Source: a virus. From it: a stretch of DNA of 64,000 nt. Below the pieces are notes generated by a model, which was not told the origin of the DNA, ran no database searches, and saw only the letters and a program-made list of their open reading frames with translations. The stretch spans positions 4,554-68,553 of the IMG/VR virus record IMGVR_UViG_3300022927_002861. One strand, 5' to 3'. Both the position numbers and the translations under genes were made by a program. Each line of letters opens with the position of its first letter. The stretch's first letter is position 1. Shown here one piece after another: positions 49,083 through 58,644 of the stretch.

Positions 49083-49685
49083 ATGAAAATAGCAACATTA
49101 GGAAGCTGTCAAGCAATGATATCAAGTTGGTATATTCGTCAACTATTCCCTGATTGTGAAGCTAAATGGATATGTCCTGAGATATTTCAATCTTGGTCGA
49201 GTGAAGCTGTATGTAGTGATGAAACAAAACATTGGAAATCTCAAGTGCATCATAATATATTTGACACAGATGAAGGTATTAATTATTTAAAATCAGCAGA
49301 TTATATAATATATCAAAAAATAAAACCTGCATCATCTGTTTTATTTAACTACGAAAAAATTGAATCATATGCAAAACCTTCTGCAAAATTAGTATCATTT
49401 TCATTTATACAGTATAATAGAGACTTAGATGATCCAATACAAGGTATGATAGAAAGAGAAGAAGGGCTTTCTCTAGATATAAAGATTAGTAAAATGCTTC
49501 TAGAAAACCCAAATCGTAAACATTTTCGATTTGACCAAAAGGGGAATCATTTTAATTCAGTTTTGTTTTTAGAAATACTCAGAGAGGTTTGCGAAAAACT
49601 AAAATGGAATTTCTTTAATGATGATATGTATGCTAAAATTAGGGATCAATATTACCCTTTTGGTGGAGAATTAGATCCTATATAA
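49083..49685 (+). CDS. Hypothetical protein with WcbI-like N-terminus
   Basis: 'LGSCQA', 'ADYIIYQ', 'NHFNSVLF'. Confidence 0.5.
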   Translation: MKIATLGSCQAMISSWYIRQLFPDCEAKWICPEIFQSWSSEAVCSDETKHWKSQVHHNIFDTDEGINYLKSADYIIYQKIKPASSVLFNYEKIESYAKPSAKLVSFSFIQYNRDLDDPIQGMIEREEGLSLDIKISKMLLENPNRKHFRFDQKGNHFNSVLFLEILREVCEKLKWNFFNDDMYAKIRDQYYPFGGELDPI

Positions 49686-49686
49686 T

Positions 49687-50319
49687 ATGATTCCTAAGAT
49701 TATACATCAAATACACATGGGCGAAAAGCCTTTTTCAGAAAAAGAATTAAATTGGCAAAAAAGCTGGCTTGAAAACAACCCTGATTGGGAATATGTTTTT
49801 TGGGATGATGGCAAAATACAAGAACATTTTCATTTATTCGAAAACCAAGAGCAATTTAATCGCTGTAATAACTTTTCAGAAAAAAGTGATGTGCTTAGAT
49901 TTGAAATTTTATATATTTATGGTGGGTTATATATTGATACAGATTTTCAATGCCTAAAGCCTATTAATCCTCTATTTGAAGGTAAAGATATTGTTTTATT
50001 TACACAACAACCTCGAAAAATATGCGGAGCTTTTTTTGGAGCAAGCAAAAACAATCATTTAGTAAAAAAGCTAATAGATAACTTACCATTAAGGGAAAAA
50101 TCCCATGGAGATAGAATATCTGATTGCAAATATGGACCAGAATATATCACATCTTTGCTTTATAAAGAAGGAGTTCACACGGTAGATGGATCAGCCTCTA
50201 AGGAAAAAACTGTATTTCCTTACTTATGGTATGAAGACAGACGTAGAGAGAACTTTCGAAAAACTCATCCAGAAGCTTATGCTGTTCATCATTGGTCAGG
50301 GTCTTGGGTCACTCATTAA
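49687..50319 (+). CDS. GT32 (OCH1-like, DXD) glycosyltransferase
   Basis: 'MIPKIIHQI', 'SW..NPDWEY', 'SDVLRFEILYIYGGLYIDTD', 'HHWSGSW'. Confidence 0.9.
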   Translation: MIPKIIHQIHMGEKPFSEKELNWQKSWLENNPDWEYVFWDDGKIQEHFHLFENQEQFNRCNNFSEKSDVLRFEILYIYGGLYIDTDFQCLKPINPLFEGKDIVLFTQQPRKICGAFFGASKNNHLVKKLIDNLPLREKSHGDRISDCKYGPEYITSLLYKEGVHTVDGSASKEKTVFPYLWYEDRRRENFRKTHPEAYAVHHWSGSWVTH

Positions 50320-51017
50320 TGAAGATTTTAGTATCTATTTTAAGTTACAAGGGAGGGCTCGATAGAATTTGCTCTTGTATTTGTACATGGTTAAGGGATT
50401 TAGACAACCCTCATGACTATATTATATATGGAGATGATTTTATAGAATCTACTTTTAAAAAATCTATTAATGTAGTTAACGGAAATTTTAGAGATATTAG
50501 AATAAATCTTCCTTTAAAAACCCTAAATATGCTAGAACATGTAATTCAAGATTCAAGCTGGGATTTTTTATACAAGTGCGATGATGATACCTTCTTAAAT
50601 TTTGAAAATTTAAAAAAACTTTTAAAAAATCAGGATCCTACTAAAGATTTATACATGGGTGAAAGAATTTATCTCGGAAAAAGAGAAGTGGTTGAGTATG
50701 CTCAAGGCGGAGCTGGTTATGTTTTAAGTAGGAGTGCTGTGGAAAAATGCTTGCCCTACTTGAGGGAAATTGCCCCAAACAGGAGGCTAAATTTTGATGC
50801 CGAAGATTATTCAATAGGGAAGTCTTTGTCTCTTGGAGGAGTTGAATTAGAACATAGTCCATTATTTTATTCTGGAATTGATCCAGGGAATCGAAGATAC
50901 AGAAAAGAAGCTCTAGTTGAATGTGAAAATAAAATAGCTCAAGGTTTTATTAGCACTCATTATGTTAAACCAGCTTGGATGAAAATTCTAATGCACACAA
51001 AAAAGCCCTCTATTTGA
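50319..51017 (+). CDS. GT31/Fringe-like glycosyltransferase
   Basis: 'KCDDDTF', 'GGAGYVLSR', 'EDYSIG', 'ISTHY'. Confidence 0.85.
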   Translation: MKILVSILSYKGGLDRICSCICTWLRDLDNPHDYIIYGDDFIESTFKKSINVVNGNFRDIRINLPLKTLNMLEHVIQDSSWDFLYKCDDDTFLNFENLKKLLKNQDPTKDLYMGERIYLGKREVVEYAQGGAGYVLSRSAVEKCLPYLREIAPNRRLNFDAEDYSIGKSLSLGGVELEHSPLFYSGIDPGNRRYRKEALVECENKIAQGFISTHYVKPAWMKILMHTKKPSI

Positions 51018-51023
51018 GGGCTT
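51003..51023. terminator. Intrinsic terminator hairpin, possibly bidirectional
   Basis: AAGCCCTC-TATTT-GAGGGCTT, with an A-run on the left and T-rich sequence on the right. Confidence 0.7.
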
Positions 51024-51317
51024 ATTATTATAATATTTTTATTTTTATTGTTACATGCGACATTTTGTCTGCATCAAAGCCTCTTTTTGAGCACTTCGCT
51101 ATTAATATGGCATTTTACATGCCTAAAAAATAAAAATCCCACACAACCCACCCAACGCCGACCACCTTTTATAACTTTAGGCTCATTGGGCGTTAGTCTT
51201 AATTATGCTTTTTTTTAAAAAAATAGAATTTTTATTTTCCCGAACTCCAAAAAATTTTATTTGAAAAATTCTGCTTTAAGTTCGAATCCACAAATGTTTC
51301 CAAATTTTATTTTATTC

Positions 51318-51346
51318 TTGATCCTGTTTGTGTTTTATGTTATTCT
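51318..51346 (+). promoter_or_regulatory. Sigma70-type promoter for the methyltransferase gene
   Basis: TTGATC-17 nt-TATTCT with TGn; ATG follows after 9 nt. Confidence 0.5.
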
Positions 51347-51355
51347 CTAAAAGAG

Positions 51356-52417
51356 ATGAAGGCTTTATCATTATTTTCAAATGTGGGCATTGGGGAAATA
51401 TACCTAAAAGATATAGGCATAGATGTATGCGTGGCTAATGAACTACATCAAAATAGATGTGAAATGTATCAAGACTTGCATCCAAGTGCAAATATTATTT
51501 GCGGAGATATAACTAAACAGTCAATTAAAGATAAAATTTATGAAGCATGTCTCAATAATGTTGCTGGTGATGGGGTAGATTTGATTATAGCAACCCCTCC
51601 ATGTCAAGGAATGAGTGTGGCTAATGCTAAACGTCTACCTGATGACTATAGAAACTCATTGATCATTCACGCAATGTCAATTTTTAATAAGATTTTACCA
51701 AAATGCATGTTGATAGAAAATGTAGCTGGAATGTCGAATACATTTATTAATAATGATGGTAAAGTAATTAATATTATAAAATATATTGAATCTCAAATTC
51801 CAGAGCCTTGGGTTTTAAATTGGGAGATTTTAAATGCCAAAGATTATAATACTCCTCAGTCAAGAAAAAGATTTATTGGCTTGATCTCTAGATATGGGGA
51901 TTGGAAACATCCCAAACCTAGCAAAAAATTAATAACAACGAGAGATGCAATCAAACATCTTCCATCTTTAGAATCTGAAGAAAAAAGCTCTTTACCTTGG
52001 CACTATGCTAAAAAACATAATGATAATCATATTCTATGGATGAAGCATACCCCCACAGGAGAAACGGCTTTTAATAATAAAACACATTTTCCCCAAAAAG
52101 ACGGAAGAAAAATAAAAGGCTTCGCAACAACATATAAAAGAATAGATTGGGATAAACCTGCTCCGACTGTAACCATGTGCAATGGAGCCGTATCAAGCCA
52201 AAATAACGTACATCCAGGTAATTTGAAAAGCGATGGCACTTATTCTGATGCTAGAGTCATGAGTGTGAGAGAACTCATGATATTGTGCGGTTTACCAGAG
52301 AATTTATTTGATACTCTCGCTGAAAAATATTCAGAAAATTTTATGAGAAAAGTTTTAGGTGAGTGTTTTCCACCTAAAATGTGCTTGGAAATTATAAAAA
52401 ATATAAAAAAAATATGA
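51356..52417 (+). CDS. DNA (cytosine-5) methyltransferase, apparently orphan
   Basis: Motif I 'LFSNVG', IV 'TPPCQG', VI 'IENV', VIII 'PQSRKR', 'RVMSVRE'. Confidence 0.92.
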   Translation: MKALSLFSNVGIGEIYLKDIGIDVCVANELHQNRCEMYQDLHPSANIICGDITKQSIKDKIYEACLNNVAGDGVDLIIATPPCQGMSVANAKRLPDDYRNSLIIHAMSIFNKILPKCMLIENVAGMSNTFINNDGKVINIIKYIESQIPEPWVLNWEILNAKDYNTPQSRKRFIGLISRYGDWKHPKPSKKLITTRDAIKHLPSLESEEKSSLPWHYAKKHNDNHILWMKHTPTGETAFNNKTHFPQKDGRKIKGFATTYKRIDWDKPAPTVTMCNGAVSSQNNVHPGNLKSDGTYSDARVMSVRELMILCGLPENLFDTLAEKYSENFMRKVLGECFPPKMCLEIIKNIKKI

Positions 52418-52674
52418 AGATTGTTAAAGAATTAAAAAATATTGAATTTATTTACGATGATGAATCAAAGCGTTTTGAAATAACTAGAGATCATGGTATA
52501 TCCGCTTATATGGATTTAAATAAAGTAGAAGCCTTCGCTTTATTGCGCTTTATTATCCGCATTTCTCAGAGAAATTGGTTTAGATCAAAAAATATTGTTG
52601 ACAAAAATGATAAAACCATGCTACAATCAAACTCCTCAGAAGAAGAGAAAGAACAATTAACAATGGAATGGTAA
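52414..52674 (+). CDS. Hypothetical protein
   Basis: ATG overlaps the methyltransferase stop (ATGA). Confidence 0.6.
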   Translation: MKIVKELKNIEFIYDDESKRFEITRDHGISAYMDLNKVEAFALLRFIIRISQRNWFRSKNIVDKNDKTMLQSNSSEEEKEQLTMEW

Positions 52675-52677
52675 ATT

Positions 52678-52857
52678 ATGAATATTAAATCTTGTGAACT
52701 AGTATATGCTTCAAAATTTGAAGAATTCTTTTATGAAGAAAATGACATGGCTGTCTCAGAAGGTCAGCCTGTAGGCATTGATCTAGAATTAGATGATGAA
52801 GTAAAATTTGTTTTGCTTGATGGCATTTATTTGAAAAATGAAGAAGAAACAGCATGA
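52678..52857 (+). CDS. Small acidic 59-aa ORF absent from the ORF track
   Basis: MNIKSCELVYASKFEEFFYEENDMAVSEGQPVGIDLELDDEVKFVLLDGIYLKNEEETA*; fills the gap; TTGACA-18 nt-TACAAT at 52598-52627. Confidence 0.6.
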   Translation: MNIKSCELVYASKFEEFFYEENDMAVSEGQPVGIDLELDDEVKFVLLDGIYLKNEEETA

Positions 52858-53077
52858 ATCCGATAAACTTTTTGAATTTAGGATTAAATATAACGCTTCT
52901 CCCGAACATGTCGCTATAGACAACTACCATTATTATATGGCTCATGATGCCCAAGAAGCAATGAGTTTCCACAACTTTATGATAAAAAGTCATAATATTA
53001 CAGTACAAACACTATCAGTTGAAAAATTTAACCCTTATTCGGAAAGATGGGAATTGATATTTGATGTTAACAATTAA
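52838..53077 (+). CDS. Hypothetical protein
   Basis: 79-aa ORF in tightly packed run. Confidence 0.6.
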   Translation: MKKKQHESDKLFEFRIKYNASPEHVAIDNYHYYMAHDAQEAMSFHNFMIKSHNITVQTLSVEKFNPYSERWELIFDVNN

Positions 53078-53645
53078 AGAAAAACAAGAATGCTCTAAAG
53101 TGGTTGAGTTTTTTGACTTTGATTCATCTTTAGCAGATATACAACATAATATTTACAGTTATATTTTGACTAGGATACCGAATCCTTCTGATGCCAAAGA
53201 CATTTTACAAGATACGAATATTATTATGGTTAATAAAAAATCTTCATTTGATCCAAGTTTAGGCCCTTTAAAAGCTTGGGCATTTACTATAGCTAGATAT
53301 CAAGTCATGGCTTTTCGCACCGTAAAAGGTAGAAGTAGGGTATGTTTTTCTAATGAGTTGTCTGAAACATTGGCTGACGAATATGTCAACTCAGATATGG
53401 ACGAAGAATTAACTATAGCAAAACAAGCATTAGAAATTTGCTTAAATCAATTACCTGATCACATGAAGCAGATTGCTGACTTAAGGTTTAAACAGGAAAA
53501 GAGTTTTAAAGAAATATGTAAAAAAACAAATCGATCTATGGGAGCTGTTTCAGCAACGATTTCTAGGATTAGAGAAAATCTAATTAAATGTACAAGAAAA
53601 AAAATTAACGAATATAAAATATATGGAGAATTCATCAATGATTAA
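53064..53645 (+). CDS. ECF sigma-70 factor, Rhodopirellula/Verrucomicrobium type (TIGR02989-like)
   Basis: 'IYSYILTRIPNPSDAKDILQDTN', 'AWAFTIARYQVMAF', 'VCFSNEL', region 4 'CLNQLP..KEIC..GAVSATISRIRENL'. Confidence 0.85.
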   Translation: MLTIKEKQECSKVVEFFDFDSSLADIQHNIYSYILTRIPNPSDAKDILQDTNIIMVNKKSSFDPSLGPLKAWAFTIARYQVMAFRTVKGRSRVCFSNELSETLADEYVNSDMDEELTIAKQALEICLNQLPDHMKQIADLRFKQEKSFKEICKKTNRSMGAVSATISRIRENLIKCTRKKINEYKIYGEFIND

Positions 53646-53871
53646 TAACACACAAGCAATGATGGAATATTTACTTAATAAGTATGTTCCTTACTTAATA
53701 TTATTAGGTTGCCTATATTTTTCTTTAGGCTTATTTGATGTTATGTTTTACATAATATTATGTGCTGTTTTATTTATAGACAGACATTCTTTCGTAATAG
53801 GAAAATCTCATGGCATGTATGAAGCTGACCCTAAATTCAGAAAACGCGTTGATGATACAATAGATGATTAA
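53623..53871 (+). CDS. Small membrane protein
   Basis: Two hydrophobic segments. Confidence 0.55.
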   Translation: MENSSMINNTQAMMEYLLNKYVPYLILLGCLYFSLGLFDVMFYIILCAVLFIDRHSFVIGKSHGMYEADPKFRKRVDDTIDD

Positions 53872-53873
53872 TT

Positions 53874-54767
53874 ATGGGTAGAAAACAAAGACATATTCAA
53901 TACAAACTATTAAAAACTACATTTAGTTACGATCAATATTGGTCTATCTCATATACCCAAGTTTTTGAAGATAGGTTTGAAAAAGATTACAAGAGTATAG
54001 TAAAAGCTAGATCCGCAGAACTAGCTCGCAATATTTTGCATGCTAAAATTAATGAAGATCACCCAAATTCTAAATTAAAGTCTGTAACTATCGTCATGCT
54101 ACGCCATAAAGGGTATATCAATAAACTAAAGTTGAATATAGAAGATTGGGAACATATAAAAAATTGTGCATTTCCAAATTTAGCAAATCATCTTTTTAAA
54201 TATGAGTCTACAAGACCAGCAGGTTACAAAAATCGATGCAGTAATCATATTCCATTAAATAAATCCAAAAGATTTACTAAAGGAAATTCGAGCAGTGTTC
54301 GCGAAAAAATTTCAGATAAGCAAAAATCTGTTATGATTTTTCAATCAGGTAAATGGGTTCCATGGAGAAGTTCGGAAAGAAATGCTCTTAAATCTAAAAT
54401 CATACTAGCTTTAAAATTTAATAAGAATAATAGAACAAGGACTGCTGAATTCATGGGTATTTCTCCTAGAAAACTAAGCTCTTTGATGAAAGAAAAATTC
54501 ATTGAAGTTGATTGGGCTAAAGATTTCCCGCCACTTGAACGTGGTGCAGAATTACAAACAAGCAATCAAAGAACAGAAAGCTCCAAAAAAGGTTGGGAAA
54601 AAAGGCAAAAAGATTATTACGATCAAATCAGTCCTAGCATTATTAATTTATACTTAAGTGGTTTATCTAACAATCAAATAAGAATCAAACTAGGTCACTC
54701 TAGAAATGTAATTGCGAATATAATAAAAAAATATGAATCAGAAATCAAAAGCAATATCATGGCTTGA
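53874..54767 (+). CDS. Putative DNA-binding protein with Fis-like and C-terminal HTH motifs
   Basis: 'ALKFNKNNRTRTAEFMGISPRKL' and 'LYLSGLSNNQIRIKLGHSRNVI'. Confidence 0.65.
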   Translation: MGRKQRHIQYKLLKTTFSYDQYWSISYTQVFEDRFEKDYKSIVKARSAELARNILHAKINEDHPNSKLKSVTIVMLRHKGYINKLKLNIEDWEHIKNCAFPNLANHLFKYESTRPAGYKNRCSNHIPLNKSKRFTKGNSSSVREKISDKQKSVMIFQSGKWVPWRSSERNALKSKIILALKFNKNNRTRTAEFMGISPRKLSSLMKEKFIEVDWAKDFPPLERGAELQTSNQRTESSKKGWEKRQKDYYDQISPSIINLYLSGLSNNQIRIKLGHSRNVIANIIKKYESEIKSNIMA

Positions 54768-55419
54768 AGGCTACCAAAATGATTTAATTAAAATCATCTC
54801 TAAACATAGAAAATCTCGACATGCCCTCTCTGTTGAAGAGATATTATCAGATGTCAACAATCATTTTTTATCTAAAATCACTAATAAAATGGACTTTGAG
54901 AACGAGGCTTCTTGTAGAAAATTTTTGTACAGAATGGCTGTTCAGTTTGTTAGATGGACTGCAAAAGGTAGCACAAATAAAGATCAGAAATATCTTTCAT
55001 ATAAAGTAGATGCATTGGTTGGCTCAAATATAGAAGATCAAAATATTGAAACTGTATTTGATTTAGCTATTTACACTATAGGTGAAGAAGATGAATATTT
55101 CAAAGACTTAAATAAATCAAATAAATATTATAATATTAAAAAATGGATTTTTGATTATAGTGACATTATAACCGAACAACAAAAAGCAGTTTTACCTTTT
55201 ATTATGAAAGGTCAAACCTTAGATGAAGTTGGTGATGCTCTTAATATCACCCATCAAGCTGTTTCATCTTTGGTTTTAGATGCATTTGATAGGATCAAAA
55301 GAAATATTGACATATCAAAGTCTGAGAAAGAAATTTTGAAAAAAGGGAACGATTCGATATCATATTTATATGGAAATAAAAGACGTCAAAAAAGAAGATT
55401 TACAAAATCGAATAGATAA
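54733..55419 (+). CDS. Divergent sigma-70-like factor
   Basis: Region 2-like 'VEEILSDV..KFLYRMAVQFVRW'; region 4 'TEQQKAV..GQTLDEVGDALNITHQAVS'. Confidence 0.6.
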   Translation: MNQKSKAISWLEGYQNDLIKIISKHRKSRHALSVEEILSDVNNHFLSKITNKMDFENEASCRKFLYRMAVQFVRWTAKGSTNKDQKYLSYKVDALVGSNIEDQNIETVFDLAIYTIGEEDEYFKDLNKSNKYYNIKKWIFDYSDIITEQQKAVLPFIMKGQTLDEVGDALNITHQAVSSLVLDAFDRIKRNIDISKSEKEILKKGNDSISYLYGNKRRQKRRFTKSNR

Positions 55420-56101
55420 AATTTTGATTTTAAAATCTAATCCTAATTATAGGATAGGTGATCTTATTTTTCGCCAAGGGTATAGATGGCTGTCTGATCG
55501 AGAAATCATATTAAACGAAAGAAGGTACAAAAAATCATTTTTATATAATTACTTATCTCAGCTACAAGAGCCTCTATTTGATCCTTATTTTGATATAAAT
55601 AATACTGTACCAAGAGATATAGATGAAGAAAATTTATTATTTCAAATTATTACAAATTCTAAACCAGAAAAACTTCAAGATGATGTTTTATATGTTCATG
55701 TTAGAGCTGGAGATATAGTTCAATCAGAATATGGAGAAATAATGTCTATGTGGTTAATGAATCAAAATAAATTGATTCATAAAATAACTGATGCAATAAT
55801 CTCTCAACCTTTAATTAAAAAAATTTCAATTGTTACGGCATTACATTTTGGAGATTTTAAATCTAAATCAAAATGGATTTATAGCAAAGAATGTGAATTG
55901 CTAAATAAAAAACTTTTATCAAATTTGATTGAAAGTTTAAATAAATTAAAGCCAACAAATATACTTTGCGGAGAGGGTGCTGAAATTAAATCTATTGATA
56001 AGCACTTTCTCTATTTATGTCATGCGAAAAATGTAATTTTAGATACTAGCGGAATGTCAAAAGTAGCTTTTCGTTTTAGAAATAGTTTTAAATATGAATA
56101 A
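55370..56101 (+). CDS. Fucosyltransferase-like (HxRxGD) protein
   Basis: 'YRIGD', 'VHVRAGD', 'DKHFLYL..SGMS'. Confidence 0.55.
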   Translation: MEIKDVKKEDLQNRIDKILILKSNPNYRIGDLIFRQGYRWLSDREIILNERRYKKSFLYNYLSQLQEPLFDPYFDINNTVPRDIDEENLLFQIITNSKPEKLQDDVLYVHVRAGDIVQSEYGEIMSMWLMNQNKLIHKITDAIISQPLIKKISIVTALHFGDFKSKSKWIYSKECELLNKKLLSNLIESLNKLKPTNILCGEGAEIKSIDKHFLYLCHAKNVILDTSGMSKVAFRFRNSFKYE

Positions 56102-56834
56102 TACAGTTTTATCTTATTATACAAAAATTGAAGACAATAAATTCTCCAAAGAAAGCTCTGAGCTATTGTATTTTTGGAGAAAAAATTGGACTGAAAAAGG
56201 CTGGAAACCAGTTGTTTTAAATGAAAAATATGCGAGAAATCATCCTTTACTCAAATCTGCATCTCTTGATATTGATGATCTTGAAGGGAATTTATATAAG
56301 TATTCCACAAATACATCTTCATACTTAATCCATTGTTACTTGCGTTGGTTTGCATTTCATAGGTATGTCATGGAACATGACTCTACTTGTTGGGCTGATT
56401 ATGATGTTTATAATCGTAATTTCACTTTTGAAGATTTCGAATCAGATGGAAATACAAAGATTTTTTGCCCTTCTGGATGTGCTGGAGTCTTAAGTAAGGA
56501 AAGTGGCGATGAGATAACTCAAATGTTTAAAAAAATTCAGCTTACAAAAGATTTAGATCAAATAGATTTACCCAGTCAAGAACAAAGAGAATACATAATC
56601 AATTGCGTTAAGGAAAAATGTTTAAGTGACATGCTTTTGATGCAAATGTTAATGCGTAAAACATTACATAGAATCACTTCCTCGCTTAAAGAAGAAAATT
56701 ACAAAGAATATAGTTTATTTCATTTTCATGGCGGGTTTCTTAAGAAACGTTTAGACAGTATAAAAATTCCTAACGCAAAACAGAGAACAAGAATGCAAAT
56801 CATTAATCTTTGTATTAAACATTATTTATCTTAA
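56094..56834 (+). CDS. Putative GT-A glycosyltransferase
   Basis: 'W..KGWKPVVL', 'CYLRWFA', DxD in 'ADYDV', 'SDM', 'HFHG'. Confidence 0.5.
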   Translation: MNNTVLSYYTKIEDNKFSKESSELLYFWRKNWTEKGWKPVVLNEKYARNHPLLKSASLDIDDLEGNLYKYSTNTSSYLIHCYLRWFAFHRYVMEHDSTCWADYDVYNRNFTFEDFESDGNTKIFCPSGCAGVLSKESGDEITQMFKKIQLTKDLDQIDLPSQEQREYIINCVKEKCLSDMLLMQMLMRKTLHRITSSLKEENYKEYSLFHFHGGFLKKRLDSIKIPNAKQRTRMQIINLCIKHYLS

Positions 56835-56836
56835 AT

Positions 56837-57739
56837 ATGCTTGTATTAGCTGTATGCACTAATAATAATTACAATTATTTATTTAATTGCTTGGATTCGG
56901 TAAAACGCCAATCTAATCAAAATTTTAATTTAATTATACAAGATAATTCTCCTAAAGAATCGAAGGATCAAGAACATTTGATTGATCTAGTCGGGAAAAT
57001 TGATAATTTTTATTTTAATGATTTCAAGGCGAATGGACTTTCCCAATCAAGAAATATATGTAGTAATTTAGCTGTTGAAATATTTAATAGTGAATTTATT
57101 CATTATATTGATGACGATGTTTTATTGCCAAATGATTTTATTGATAATTTACATCATTCAATATCTAGTTTGGTAGACCCCAAAGCCATTGGCAGTAAAA
57201 TTCTGCCTCATTGGGGTTCTGTGAGTAAACCTAACTGGTTTACTGATCAACTTTATCCTTTGCTGTCAATTCTTGACTTTGGCGATAGAATTAAACAATA
57301 TGGAGGCGAAAATGGCGTTTGGTGGTTGGGTGGAGCAAACATTTGCTTTCACATTGACACTCTTCATGAACTAGGAGGATTTAATGTTCAATTGGGTAGG
57401 AATTCCAATAATCAAGGTTTAATGGGTTCTGAAGAAAATGAAATTTTAAGCAAAATGAAAGATGTTGGTTTAGTTGTCTACGATCCAAGTTTTCCTGTTT
57501 TTCATACTATAAGAGAAGAGAGATTAAATAAACAATGGATGATTAAGCGTTGTGTCTGGCAATCCGTTTGTGATGTTTTAACTGATTCCAAATGGCAAGA
57601 CTCCATTTCAGATCCTGAAACAAGAATTAGAGAAGCTGCTGAATCCATTATCATGCATGGAGAGAAAGTTGATTTTTGTAATTTTTTGAGTAAGGTTCAA
57701 TACCTCTCCTTCAAATTATTGAAAGGCGAATTAGATTGA
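56837..57739 (+). CDS. GT2-family glycosyltransferase
   Basis: 'IIQDNS', 'GLSQSRN', 'YIDDDV', 'GANICF', 'GGFNVQLGR..SEE'. Confidence 0.85.
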   Translation: MLVLAVCTNNNYNYLFNCLDSVKRQSNQNFNLIIQDNSPKESKDQEHLIDLVGKIDNFYFNDFKANGLSQSRNICSNLAVEIFNSEFIHYIDDDVLLPNDFIDNLHHSISSLVDPKAIGSKILPHWGSVSKPNWFTDQLYPLLSILDFGDRIKQYGGENGVWWLGGANICFHIDTLHELGGFNVQLGRNSNNQGLMGSEENEILSKMKDVGLVVYDPSFPVFHTIREERLNKQWMIKRCVWQSVCDVLTDSKWQDSISDPETRIREAAESIIMHGEKVDFCNFLSKVQYLSFKLLKGELD

Positions 57740-58608
57740 TGCCCTTGGTTTTTGTTCTATCTAATAAATATATATCACAATCTGGCTATCTTAAGAATTG
57801 TTTCCACGGAATAGGTGATATACTTAATGGTATTGCTTATTGTATGGATTATTGCGAGCAACATGGTTTAGATTTCAAAATAGGGTTTCATCCTGATTCT
57901 CCATATTTTAATATTTTAAATTTTAAAAATTTTTTTTATGGCATAACTTCTGTTGTCCCTAAATTCGTTTCGGATATTGAGGAGATAGAACATTCAAGTG
58001 ATAAATTCATTTTCACTAATTCCCCCAAATCTTTTGATATAAATAAATCTTCATTTTTTACGAAAACTTTCATCAAACAAGTTTTCTTAAATATTAAAAA
58101 TCCGAAATACAAAAATATACTTCATATTAGATCTGGAGATTCTTGTTTTGTTGACAAAACATTCTTGAATGATTTTTATCTATCTGACAATTCTCACCCA
58201 TTTTCGCCTTATGATTATGGAAATCTATTAAGCTTAAATGATAAAATTAAAATTATTATGGATTATCTAGAATACGAATGCTTGCTTAATTCATTTGATT
58301 TAATAATTTCAGACGATTTTTACATGAAAAACGACCTTGCTTTAAAGTTGAATTGTGATATTGAAAGCTTTCGTCCATTCCACTCTGGATTACCGAATGT
58401 AGATTTAAATTCTTTGTTTGAGACATTGCATGACCTTTCTTGCATTTTTTATTGTGAAAATTTACTATCTATTTCTTCTTTTCCATTCGGGGTTAGAGCT
58501 TCTAATTTTGCATATGTGCCAGCTACTCTAGGAGGCGTAAATGCCAAATATGCATTTTTAAATTTATTTGAAAAAAAAATACTTGACATTCATCCGCAAA
58601 TAAGGTAA
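57739..58608 (+). CDS. Fucosyltransferase-like (NodZ/GT11-like) protein
   Basis: 'GIGDILNG', 'LHIRSGD', 'ISDD', 'SNFAY'. Confidence 0.55.
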   Translation: MPLVFVLSNKYISQSGYLKNCFHGIGDILNGIAYCMDYCEQHGLDFKIGFHPDSPYFNILNFKNFFYGITSVVPKFVSDIEEIEHSSDKFIFTNSPKSFDINKSSFFTKTFIKQVFLNIKNPKYKNILHIRSGDSCFVDKTFLNDFYLSDNSHPFSPYDYGNLLSLNDKIKIIMDYLEYECLLNSFDLIISDDFYMKNDLALKLNCDIESFRPFHSGLPNVDLNSLFETLHDLSCIFYCENLLSISSFPFGVRASNFAYVPATLGGVNAKYAFLNLFEKKILDIHPQIR

Positions 58609-58611
58609 AAT
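58583..58611 (+). promoter_or_regulatory. Sigma70-type promoter
   Basis: TTGACA-17 nt-TAAAAT. Confidence 0.7.
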
Positions 58612-58644
58612 GCTATTTTTATTAAATATAACTATATTAAAATT

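Noticed and set aside
51276-51292. GTTCGAATCC tRNA T-loop-like motif
   Set aside because: The flanks TTAAG and CCACA do not pair, and there is no acceptor stem or cloverleaf
51356-52417. Complete restriction-modification system
   Set aside because: No cognate restriction endonuclease is adjacent, so it is treated as an orphan protective methyltransferase
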